A stretch of DNA of 63,987 nt, the filler included, from an uncultured Methanosarcinales archaeon (GTDB lineage Archaea; Nanobdellota; Nanobdellia; Woesearchaeales; UBA12501), in assembly GCA_964397315.1 (NCBI GenBank). It is 4 parts of 4 records of this genome, joined end to end, with 100 filler letters (N's around TTAATTAATTAA, not from the genome) between each part and the next. Parts side by side here need not be neighbours in the genome. Positions count along the whole stretch, not along the records: positions 1 to 20,823 come from CAYNHV010000021.1; positions 20,924 to 40,884 come from CAYNHV010000022.1; 2 more parts are not named here. One strand, 5' to 3'. Under the pieces are notes generated by a model. The model saw nothing but the letters and a program-made list of their open reading frames with translations, made no database searches and was not told the DNA's origin. Positions 18,666 to 27,451 of this stretch are shown one piece after another (the stretch's first letter is position 1; the number at the start of each line of letters is the position of its first letter). A program made the position numbers and the translations under genes.

Positions 18666-20084
18666 TCATTCAGGCCTTCTCTTGCTTGTCTCTTTTTGCT
18701 TTTTTGTTCCTGCTGTTTTCCTGCCCTGGATTTTTGGATTGTTTCCTTTTCTTGTCTTCGTCTGCCTGTTCATGTGCAGCGCCCTTCTCTTTGCATAGTT
18801 TACAGGATTCTTTATCCTTCCGCAGAGATGATCGGGCCTGCATATCCCCATGTCCTTGTAGTATGCATTATTGCTGCAGTTGGGGGGAAGCATGTTCTTG
18901 TTCTGCTGCTTGTGGTATCTCACCTGTCCTTTTGTCACGTTCTCTCTCAGCTCCTCCTTGTTTTTCCTGTTCCACCCCCCTATTCTTTTTTCTATCATGT
19001 CATAATCCCATCCCGCTGATTTCAGGAAGTTGATGAGAGAGAACAGAAATCTTTTCCTCCCGTCCTTGAGGCCCTGGAGGCCTATCTTTATGCAGGGAGG
19101 GAAAAGCTCCTCTGGTATTGCCTCCTGCAACGTTTCAAAATCATCAAAATTCCCTGTTCTCTTATCCCGGGAATCTTTTGCAAGGGCATTCTCCGCCTCC
19201 TTTTCCTTCTCTCTTGCGTGGTCAAACGCCTGTATTATAAGGCGCTCTGCCTCATTGCTCTCAGCAGAGCTCCTGTCCAGAAAAACAAGATCAGAGGGCC
19301 TGACATTCTCTGGTTTTGCGCTTTCTGTGCTGAAATCAAGTATCCTGTCAGGCTCAACAGGCACAGAGACAAGCCCTGATTTTTCATTGAAACAGTAGGG
19401 CATCCTGTACAGGTGCCTGGATGATATGAGGAGGGTGTCTATCTCCAGAAAGCTGAAAGGGTTAAGCACGCCCCCCCTTACAATTTCCTTGAAGCTCTTC
19501 CCTGTTTTTTTCATTATGTTTTCCATGCTGTCTTTTTTCAGTATCTGCTCCCCGAGGTGCCTGCTAATCATTTCCTTGAGATACAAGGCTATCTTTTTGG
19601 GAGCTTCAGGGAAGAGCAAGCGCGTTTCAGTGCCCTGCATCCTCATGGGGAATGCCTCAAAAGGCACTCCTATGTGGAAGCCGTGGTTGCCTGAGAATTT
19701 CACGCTTATTGATCTCACTCCATGATGCCTAAGCGCCTTAACAAGAAGGTCAGCTGCTATGCTGCTGTACTCAAGTATCTTACAGTCAATATCAAGCACA
19801 AGATCCCATCCTGACCTCAGCTGGTCTGTCTCTTCCTTTCTCATTCCGGTGTTCAGGCTGAGGGGATTGTTCCATAACTCCTCTGAGGCATGGAAGGAGG
19901 TGGCTCCCTGTTTTGCCAGCTCAAGAACATCAGAAGGATACTGGATGGTGTCAGGCCTCTTGCCAAATCCTTTGTCCCCAAACTTTATGGCGATTTCCTT
20001 TCTGTATGAATGCTCAGCTATGAGCTTCTGTATCCCCGGCTTTTTGTAATGCATCAGAAGACTGCTTAACGTGAGATTCCCCAT
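18666..20084 (-). CDS. DNA primase, fused PriS (AEP catalytic) + PriL C-terminal Fe-S domain
   Basis: WDLVLDID, SGNHGFH, RHLYRMPY in the N-terminus; FPPCI..PPNC..C..C..NP in the C-terminus. Confidence 0.9.
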   Translation of the reverse strand: MGNLTLSSLLMHYKKPGIQKLIAEHSYRKEIAIKFGDKGFGKRPDTIQYPSDVLELAKQGATSFHASEELWNNPLSLNTGMRKEETDQLRSGWDLVLDIDCKILEYSSIAADLLVKALRHHGVRSISVKFSGNHGFHIGVPFEAFPMRMQGTETRLLFPEAPKKIALYLKEMISRHLGEQILKKDSMENIMKKTGKSFKEIVRGGVLNPFSFLEIDTLLISSRHLYRMPYCFNEKSGLVSVPVEPDRILDFSTESAKPENVRPSDLVFLDRSSAESNEAERLIIQAFDHAREKEKEAENALAKDSRDKRTGNFDDFETLQEAIPEELFPPCIKIGLQGLKDGRKRFLFSLINFLKSAGWDYDMIEKRIGGWNRKNKEELRENVTKGQVRYHKQQNKNMLPPNCSNNAYYKDMGICRPDHLCGRIKNPVNYAKRRALHMNRQTKTRKGNNPKIQGRKTAGTKKQKETSKRRPE

Positions 20085-20176
20085 TTTCCCCTCTCTGTTC
20101 CCTGCTTTTGCTTAATATAAATGTTTTGGAAAAATTATTTAAATACACAACCAGAGCCGATTGTTAGGTTGTTATC

Positions 20177-20548
20177 ATGGGAGGAGATGCAGGAGACATT
20201 GAATTCTGGCTTTCAAGGATAAAAGCCTCAGGAAAACTGGTAATAGTTGAGGGAAAGAAGGACAGGAAAGCCCTCTCTGATTTGGGAGTGGAAAACATCA
20301 TGACAATAAGCAAACCGCTGTACAAGGTGGCTGAGGATGCTGCAGAGAGCAGCAGGGACGTGATAATACTGACTGATTTTGACAGGAAGGGAAAGGAGCT
20401 TTACGGAAAGCTCAAAAAAGACATCATCAAGCAGGGAGCTCGCGTTGACAGCTTTTTCAGGGAATACCTTATGAAAAACACAAGGCTGAGCCACATAGAG
20501 GGCATTTTCAGGTATATACATAACAACCCACCAAACAATGCATCTTAA
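20177..20548 (+). CDS. Small standalone TOPRIM-domain protein
   Basis: IVEGKKD and ILTDFDRKG motifs. Confidence 0.88.
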   Translation: MGGDAGDIEFWLSRIKASGKLVIVEGKKDRKALSDLGVENIMTISKPLYKVAEDAAESSRDVIILTDFDRKGKELYGKLKKDIIKQGARVDSFFREYLMKNTRLSHIEGIFRYIHNNPPNNAS

Positions 20549-20610
20549 CAAAATATTTTTATATGATTGCCTTTCTATTGGCTAATATTAGGATTATGGA
20601 GGTAGAAAAA

Positions 20611-20751
20611 ATGCAGGAAGAAGAACCAACACAACCAGAAGAGCCTAAGGAAGAGCCCTCAGAGGAGCCTCAGGAAGAACCGTCAGAGAAGCCATCTGAA
20701 GAGCCTTCAGATGAAGGCGGTGACTCAGGAGAATCTCCTGAGAGCGAATAA
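20611..20751 (+). CDS. Very acidic low-complexity small protein (EEP repeats)
   Basis: GGAGGT RBS, ATG, (E/S)EEP repeats, T-rich terminator after the stop. Confidence 0.5.
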   Translation: MQEEEPTQPEEPKEEPSEEPQEEPSEKPSEEPSDEGGDSGESPESE

Positions 20752-20823
20752 ATCTTTTTTTTGTTTTATTTTTAGAAGCTGAGCTTTCCACCAGTCTTTG
20801 ACTGGTGGCGTAAAAAACTTATT

Positions 20824-20923
20824 NNNNNNNNNNNNNNNNNNNNNNNNNNNNNNNNNNNNNNNNNNNNTTAATTAATTAANNNNNNNNNNNNNNNNNNNNN
20901 NNNNNNNNNNNNNNNNNNNNNNN
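20824..20923. other. Assembly junction (N + TTAATTAATTAA six-frame-stop linker)
   Basis: N run with the linker at 20868-20879. Confidence 0.97.
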
Positions 20924-21047
20924 AATTTTCGGTTTTTGAAACTACTTTTTAGAAATCATTTGCTTTCGGAGATACTGTGCCTTGCCGGATTTCCCCCGGA
21001 TTTCCCTGGCAAAGGCTTATAAAATGAATGATTGCTCTTTTTGCTGT

Positions 21048-21260
21048 ATGATAATAATATTCACAAGACATTCAGAAAAGAGGATTGAAAAAAGAGGAAT
21101 TCTCAGGCAGGAGGCTCTGGAAGCTGTAAGATATCCTGACAATACAGAAAAGAGGCACAGCAAGCATTATATAAGGAAGAGGCTAGAAAGAGGCACTATA
21201 GAGTTATGCTGCGAGAAGACAGAAAAATATTTAAAGATTATAACCATATATTGGGTGTAA
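21048..21260 (+). CDS. DUF4258-like (RelE-fold) putative toxin
   Basis: IIFTRHSEKR..KRGI, C-terminal IITIYW; paired with the downstream gene. Confidence 0.75.
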   Translation: MIIIFTRHSEKRIEKRGILRQEALEAVRYPDNTEKRHSKHYIRKRLERGTIELCCEKTEKYLKIITIYWV

Positions 21261-21261
21261 G

Positions 21262-21474
21262 ATGGAAATTAATTATGACAAAGAGGCAGATGCACTCTAC
21301 ATAAGATTCAAGGAAGGAAAATTTTCAAAAAACAGAAAAGTGGATGACCTCACTATTATAGACCTTGATGATAAAGGCAATATCCTGGGCATAGAGCTTC
21401 TTGAGGTGAGCAGAAGAATACCTCCTGAATCGCTGGCTGAAGTGCAGGTAAAAGGAATGCCTGCACCTGCATGA
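21262..21474 (+). CDS. DUF2283 family putative antitoxin
   Basis: YDKEADALYI..IDLD..G.ILGIEL signature. Confidence 0.85.
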   Translation: MEINYDKEADALYIRFKEGKFSKNRKVDDLTIIDLDDKGNILGIELLEVSRRIPPESLAEVQVKGMPAPA

Positions 21475-21537
21475 ACACGGAACTCTTCCGGATTTCTCCC
21501 AGCAAGGCTTATAAAAGAATGATTGCTTGTCTTTTCC

Positions 21538-21882
21538 ATGGAAGAGAGCATCCTGCTGAAGGCAGCTGTAATCTGCGGCATAACAGGTGTTATCGCGCTT
21601 TATGTTATTGCAGGCAGCATTGAGCCAGGAGAGACGCAGATAAGCAGGATAACATCAGGAAGAGCTGACGGCGATGTCTCTGTGTCAGGAAAGGTGGTGA
21701 AGATGATGGAAAAGGACAGTTTCATGATAATAGAGCTTGAGAAGGAAGAGAGGATTGATGTGTTCCTTTTCAAGGACTCTCATGTTCCATTGGCTGAGGG
21801 AGATTATGTTGAGGTAAGGGGAACAGTTGATGAGTATGAGGGAGAGAAGGAGATAATAGCTGAAGAGGTGAGGGTGGTCTGA
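21538..21882 (+). CDS. Membrane-anchored OB-fold protein
   Basis: N-terminal TM; GDYVEVRG.V.EY.G..EI OB-fold strands. Confidence 0.75.
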   Translation: MEESILLKAAVICGITGVIALYVIAGSIEPGETQISRITSGRADGDVSVSGKVVKMMEKDSFMIIELEKEERIDVFLFKDSHVPLAEGDYVEVRGTVDEYEGEKEIIAEEVRVV

Positions 21883-21969
21883 TCGGAGGCATTTTTAAGA
21901 GAAACCTTTAAATATTCGTTTTCTTCTTCTTATGTTAAAGAGGTGTTGTAAATAAGAAATATCAATCTA

Positions 21970-23013
21970 ATGCTGGCGGTTTCTCTTTTTGCAGGAATCC
22001 TTATGCTGTCAGGCTGCCTCACTCCACAGACTCCCTCCTCCGAGGAGATCCTGAACAATCCTGATGAGGCAATAGCAGTTTGCGGGGAGATGGAAGAGCC
22101 TGACAAGGGTGACTGTTATCTTGCTGTCTCTTCCAACCTGACACAAGCAGAGCTCTTTGACAAGGCCATGGAATCATGCGGGATGATGGAAGAGCCGGAG
22201 GAATGTTATACAGACCTTCAATCTGCGCTGTCAGATGCCGGCCTTTTTGATAATATGATGGAGCTTTGCGGAAAAGTGGAAGGGCCTGACGGGTGCTATT
22301 ATGATCTTGCGATGGAATCACAGATGATTGCCGCATGCAGGAACATCTCCAGGAAGAGGGAAATGATGGAATGCCTGTTTGAGCTGGCCAGCCAGAACAA
22401 TAATACTGAGGCCTGCAAAGCTATGCCTGATAAGTCCGACAGGGACAACTGCATTTTTGACCTGGCAGAGCAGACAAAATCAGCTGAAATCTGCAGTGAA
22501 ATAGAGAGTGATCTAAAAAGAGGGGGTTGCCTTAGGAGAATGTCTGAAGTATTAAGCCAAACAGATCCTGAAAAGGCATTAGAGTCCTGCGAAAACATGG
22601 CCAGAAAGGATGACTGCTACTGGGATGTGGTCCATAATGTCAAGGCAGGAAACCCTGATGTCGCGCTTACGGCCTGCTCAAGGCTGTCTGCCAATGCGAA
22701 TGACTGCTATTTTAATGTTGTGAGGTCCCTGCTCAGCACTGATGTTGAGAAAGCATTGTCTGTCTGCAGGAGAATGGAATATGACTACCAGAAGAATGAC
22801 TGTTATTTTATGATAGTTGAAACTCCTGAAGTAACTTTGTCTGACCCTGACCTTGCAATAGAAACCTGCGGAGAGTTAACCACTAATGCTGACAGCTGCT
22901 ATGAAACAGCTGCCAAGATAATCTCAGAGGAGGACAAGGAAAAGGCGGTGGAGGCGTGCAGTCACATCACAAACGAAGGTATCAGGGGCGGTTGCGAGCA
23001 GGATTTCGGATGA
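21970..23013 (+). CDS. Putative lipoprotein with tandem Cys-pair (C-x7-10-CY) helical repeats
   Basis: LSGC lipobox; about 11 repeats of A...C..(x)..D.CY. Confidence 0.8.
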   Translation: MLAVSLFAGILMLSGCLTPQTPSSEEILNNPDEAIAVCGEMEEPDKGDCYLAVSSNLTQAELFDKAMESCGMMEEPEECYTDLQSALSDAGLFDNMMELCGKVEGPDGCYYDLAMESQMIAACRNISRKREMMECLFELASQNNNTEACKAMPDKSDRDNCIFDLAEQTKSAEICSEIESDLKRGGCLRRMSEVLSQTDPEKALESCENMARKDDCYWDVVHNVKAGNPDVALTACSRLSANANDCYFNVVRSLLSTDVEKALSVCRRMEYDYQKNDCYFMIVETPEVTLSDPDLAIETCGELTTNADSCYETAAKIISEEDKEKAVEACSHITNEGIRGGCEQDFG

Positions 23014-23195
23014 CTCTCCTGTTTGTTGTGTGATTGATTTGGGTTATAAAACTTTTCTTTTCTTCTGGGTGATTACAAACCTCTCATACTTTCCCTCCCT
23101 GCGGGCTCCTCCAGGCCCCTTTGTTCTGCTGCAGCCGGAGATTCTCCGTTCTCTGCTGGCAAAGGCTTATAAAAAACAGCGCTGCCTTTCATGTG

Positions 23196-24398
23196 ATGTT
23201 TCCTGAGATAATGATTGCGCTGTCTTTGGGCATGCTTCTGGGAATATTCACAGGCCTGACTCCCGGAGTGCACACTAATCTGCTGGCTGTTCTTCTTGTC
23301 TCTGCATCGCCCCTTCTTCTGGCTTATACTGAGGTTCTCGTCCTGGCTGTCTTCATAATAGCGCTTTCTGTCACAAACACTTTTGTTGACGCTATACCAT
23401 CTATATTTCTGGGCGCTCCTGACTCTGACATGGCCCTTGGCGTGCTGCCGGGCCACAGGTATCTCCTCAGGGGCTTCGGCTACATGGCGGTGAAGCTGAC
23501 CCTTATAGGAAGTTTCGGAGCCCTCATACTCAGCATAATAATATTTCCCTTTTCCATACCTCTTGTGAGGTTTGTCTATCCTGTTGTGGAGGGTTACATA
23601 GGGTATATGCTGATTGCTGTTGTGCTGTTCATGATAATGAGGGACAACAAGAAGTTGTGGGCTGTTTTTGTGTTCCTTGCTGCAGGCAGCCTGGGGATTG
23701 TGGTGCTTAACATGAACGGGCTTGAGCAGCCTCTTTTTCCCATGTTGTCCGGAATATTTGGGGTCAGCACTCTGGTCATAAGCCTTCGCGACACATGTTC
23801 CATTCCTGAGCAGAAGACTGAGCAGAGGATAAAGCTGAAGAAGGGCCATGCTGTAAAGGCGCTTCTTTCTGGACAGTTCTCGGGCTTCATAACAGCCGTG
23901 TTTCCCGGGCTGGGGGCTGCGCAGGCAGCGGTCATCTCAATGCAGATCACAAGAAAATTGGGTGACCATGGCTTCATGATTCTTATAGGCAGCATCAACA
24001 CAGTGAATTTTGTTCTTTCCATATCCGCCTTGTACGCCATTGACAAGGCAAGGAACGGAAGCATTGTGGCAATATCAGAGGTGATGGGGGATGTGGGCAT
24101 TAGAGCTTCTATTGTTTTCCTTGCTGCAGCCCTTGTGTCAGGCGCGGTCTCTGTTTATGCCACACTGAGGATTGCAAAAGTCTTCTCCTCCCTGATGACA
24201 AGGGTCAATTACAGGGCGCTTGTGGCCTTTGTGATAATATTCATAGCTCTGCTTGTCATTGTCCTGACAGGCCCGCTTGGTTTTCTTGTGTTGCTGGTCA
24301 GCACTGCTGTAGGCATAATACCTGCTGAGGTAAAGGTTACCAGAACTCACGGCATGGGCTGCCTGCTCCTGCCTGTCATACTTTATTTTATACTCTGA
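23196..24398 (+). CDS. Tripartite tricarboxylate transporter TctA-like permease (DUF112)
   Basis: TGLTPGVH.N, IPSIFLGAP, LPGH..L..G.G motifs; multiple TMs. Confidence 0.85.
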   Translation: MFPEIMIALSLGMLLGIFTGLTPGVHTNLLAVLLVSASPLLLAYTEVLVLAVFIIALSVTNTFVDAIPSIFLGAPDSDMALGVLPGHRYLLRGFGYMAVKLTLIGSFGALILSIIIFPFSIPLVRFVYPVVEGYIGYMLIAVVLFMIMRDNKKLWAVFVFLAAGSLGIVVLNMNGLEQPLFPMLSGIFGVSTLVISLRDTCSIPEQKTEQRIKLKKGHAVKALLSGQFSGFITAVFPGLGAAQAAVISMQITRKLGDHGFMILIGSINTVNFVLSISALYAIDKARNGSIVAISEVMGDVGIRASIVFLAAALVSGAVSVYATLRIAKVFSSLMTRVNYRALVAFVIIFIALLVIVLTGPLGFLVLLVSTAVGIIPAEVKVTRTHGMGCLLLPVILYFIL

Positions 24399-24425
24399 TA
24401 AATTCCTCTGGAAAAACAACAGAAT

Positions 24426-25301
24426 CTATAAAGACCTGGATTCCTTCAAAGACTGGGATTCCTTCATGATCTTTGCTGCTGTGTTCCGGAGGCTGTTTCC
24501 ATAGCAGCATCCTGCTGCGTAACTTCCGCAATTGCTGAACCTGAGTTTCGCTTTTTCCACATCATAGAGGACATCCAACTCCTTGTTTATGATGTCTTCC
24601 TCTTCCATCTTCATCAGCTTTTCTGTTCTCTGGGTTGCTTCATTGAACACATAGTTCAGTATTTTTGGAACATCGCTGTCATCAGAGATTATCTCTGTCC
24701 GCTTTCCCTTGACTGCGGAATACAGCCCCAGAAACACCAGCTCTGCATCTGTCACTATATTGTCAAGCGCATTCTGCTTGGACTCTGTGAGATCATCCCT
24801 GTTCTTTGCTATTGCCATGGTCACAAGGTTTGAGAGGTATACCTTTATTACTTCATTGTGCTCTTCTGTAACATCATCCTTATCTCCTGGAAGGTATGGT
24901 GCTGTCTCTCTCATGTTCCTGTCAAAATCTGAGAGATCCCTGTATAGCGCGCTTTTGAAAGCTTCCTTCCTTTCTTCTAACGAGCCTCTTGCTTCTCCTG
25001 AAACATTGGACTCCATAAACTTGAGAAACTCTTTAACATTCCTATTATCAGAAACCTCTATTGTTCTTATGTATCCCCTGAACTCGTCCTCCACTGAGGG
25101 AGGGAAGAGGGAATTGCTTTCTTCAATCTTTTTCTTAATTGAAGGGCTGTCCAGCGAAGTTATAAGAACATTGGTGTCAGGAAATGATATGCTCTCTCTA
25201 TTGAGAACCCTGCTTATGTCAACTCCAAGAGGGTCATACCGCCCTTCTGGGATTGGATACTGTCCTGTTTCCTGCTTTCTTAAAGATAGTATCTCCCCCA
25301 T
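24426..25301 (-). CDS. Hypothetical protein, PIN-domain-like
   Basis: PDTNVLI ... DAELV ... IISDDSDV acidic motif spacing. Confidence 0.55.
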   Translation of the reverse strand: MGEILSLRKQETGQYPIPEGRYDPLGVDISRVLNRESISFPDTNVLITSLDSPSIKKKIEESNSLFPPSVEDEFRGYIRTIEVSDNRNVKEFLKFMESNVSGEARGSLEERKEAFKSALYRDLSDFDRNMRETAPYLPGDKDDVTEEHNEVIKVYLSNLVTMAIAKNRDDLTESKQNALDNIVTDAELVFLGLYSAVKGKRTEIISDDSDVPKILNYVFNEATQRTEKLMKMEEEDIINKELDVLYDVEKAKLRFSNCGSYAAGCCYGNSLRNTAAKIMKESQSLKESRSL

Positions 25302-25473
25302 ATTAATCACTAAGTGGTGACAATATATACTAATATTTAAATCTTTCTATTATTAACTACCTTTTAGTGATGAATCTTTTGGTATTCTTAATCTCTATAT
25401 ATGAAAATAATTAACTCTCTGGCAACAGCTTTAATCAAAACCTTTATAAACACCCTCAAAAACCCTGAATTCT

Positions 25474-25731
25474 ATGGAAGCGGTCATAGCCAATTTCAGG
25501 AGGGGAAGGACAACCCAGAAGGACAATCACATGATTCTGGAGTCCAGCGGGGTTGACAGCAGGGAGAAGGCTGAAAAGGTTGTGGGAAAGAACGTTGTCT
25601 GGAAAAGCCCTGCAGGAAAGGAGATTAAGGGCAGAATAGCTGCTGCTCATGGCAACAGGGGAGCTGTGAGGGCTGTGTTTGAAAAGGGAATGCCCGGCCA
25701 GAGCATAGGCACAAAGGCAGTTATTGAATAA
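25474..25731 (+). CDS. rpl35ae: 50S ribosomal protein eL33 (L35Ae)
   Basis: G.I...HGN.G.VRA.F..G.PGQ..G. Confidence 0.95.
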   Translation: MEAVIANFRRGRTTQKDNHMILESSGVDSREKAEKVVGKNVVWKSPAGKEIKGRIAAAHGNRGAVRAVFEKGMPGQSIGTKAVIE

Positions 25732-25939
25732 TTCTGTAGCTTTTTAGTTTTTGCAAGTCCAGGTTCCGCCACCTCTTTGGACAGGGTTACTTATAATCAT
25801 AATTCCAGATGCTTCTGTCCCTGGGAGGCTGATATTTTAGTTTTTACAGCTCCAGGTTCCACCCCCCCTTAGAGTTGTTTTTTGTTTATTATATGATTCC
25901 TGGTGCTCCCCTGAGGGATAATAGATTTATGATAATAAC

Positions 25940-26155
25940 TCCTGGTACTTCCCACCCTTACTGCAGAACCAGACAGCGGGCTTACTGCTTCTGCAACAGC
26001 ACAACTTTCCGCTTCTGCCTCCAATAAGCCCGCCCCTTAATTTGCTTGAAGCGCTCTGTGGAGTTGGTGCGATTAGCATATGTGAGGGGGATGTGGGCTG
26101 GATTTGTCCATCTGTAACTGTGATAAGGGCGGTGGTTAAGTCTGGATTAATCAAA
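25940..26155 (-). repeat. ~210-nt dispersed structured repeat, copy A
   Basis: Homologous to 60121-60328 and 60357-60580; internal stem GCGGGCTTA/TAAGCCCGC. Confidence 0.75.
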
Positions 26156-26331
26156 ACACTTAGAAGATGCTCAATTTCGTGGAATTTCGCTGCGCTTAAT
26201 CCCGCTTACACTTGAACAGAGTAATGCCGTTCTGGTGGTTAAGTCTGGATTAACCAAAATACTTAGAGGAGAGTTAATTCGTAGTACTTAGATGCTACAT
26301 AAAAACCTTGCTTCTTAACCTGAGAATTCCC

Positions 26332-26604
26332 TTAAAATACCTTGGCAGCCTTTTTCTCAAAGTCTGAAACCTGCTTCTTGACCCTCTTCACAGCGTCTGA
26401 GAGCGCGTCTCTAGGATCTTTTCCTGTTGTCTCAACAATGAGCTGCGGAACTCCTACAGAAGGGTGCTTTACACTATATGCTGCTGCCTTTACCTTGTCA
26501 TCACTCCACAATTCTTTCCTCAGAATGTTGCACAGTGTTGAATCCTCTCCCTTGACCTCAACCACGAGCCTGTTCTTTGTGTCTTCAAGAATGTTAAGTT
26601 CCAT
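26332..26604 (-). CDS. rpoL: RNA polymerase subunit L (Rpo11)
   Basis: GE..TL.N.L..EL, V..A.Y...HP. Confidence 0.93.
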   Translation of the reverse strand: MELNILEDTKNRLVVEVKGEDSTLCNILRKELWSDDKVKAAAYSVKHPSVGVPQLIVETTGKDPRDALSDAVKRVKKQVSDFEKKAAKVF

Positions 26605-26656
26605 TTGGCCACCTGTAGCGCAGGGATAAAGCATTCATTTATAAATGTTGTTGTAT

Positions 26657-27298
26657 TCAGGTCATGTCAATCCTCTTCTGAGTATTCTCCATTCTCCAGC
26701 AGCCCGCCTTTATCCTGTGTATTCTTCTCCTGTGGAACAGGTGGGAGGCCTTTATGGGCAGGTCATACTCCCAATAATGTGTGGCCTTGAAACCATTATC
26801 CCCTGCAATCTTCTCTATGAAGTCCTTTGAAGTTGCCTTGTGCAGGGAATAAACAACATCAGCTGTCTGGAATGCCTTTAAGAGGAATTCCCTGTCAGCG
26901 TGCTTTGTCTTTGTGCCGAAGGGAGGGTTTTGTATCACAGTGTCAGCCCTCTCGTTGAAGTCATTCACGTCCTGGTGCAGGAATACAGGCTCTCCCATCT
27001 CAGCGAATCTCGCTAGGTTGCTCTTTGCTGTTTCAAGCACGTTCTCGTCAGAGTCAACAAAAAACACCTTTTTTGCCCCGAGTATAAGCGCGCCTATGCC
27101 CAGCAGGCCTGTTCCGCAGCCTAGGTCAGCCACCTTCCTGCCCTCAATGTCATCAAGGAAGTAGGCATTCCAGAGTATTTCAGCCCCTATCTCAGAATCC
27201 ACAGGATACTGCTCTGTTGACACGTCAGGCTCGTCAAAAACATCAAGCTTTGAGAGCTCAACTGCAAGCCGTGCCTTTGAATTAACAAGCGAGGGCAT
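26657..27298 (-). CDS. METTL5-like N6-adenine RNA methyltransferase
   Basis: EQY, DLGCGTG, QNPPFG, YSLH. Confidence 0.88.
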   Translation of the reverse strand: MPSLVNSKARLAVELSKLDVFDEPDVSTEQYPVDSEIGAEILWNAYFLDDIEGRKVADLGCGTGLLGIGALILGAKKVFFVDSDENVLETAKSNLARFAEMGEPVFLHQDVNDFNERADTVIQNPPFGTKTKHADREFLLKAFQTADVVYSLHKATSKDFIEKIAGDNGFKATHYWEYDLPIKASHLFHRRRIHRIKAGCWRMENTQKRIDMT

Positions 27299-27451
27299 GG
27301 TTGAGGATATGCTCCATAAGTATTTAAAACTTGTTATAGCAGGGAGTGTATGTTATCCTGCTGTCATTACTCCCTCTTATGTAACAAACTCCAAGACGAC
27401 AGCTTATGTGTGGATGGGATGAATATCAAGAATTCTTTTAATAATATTAAA

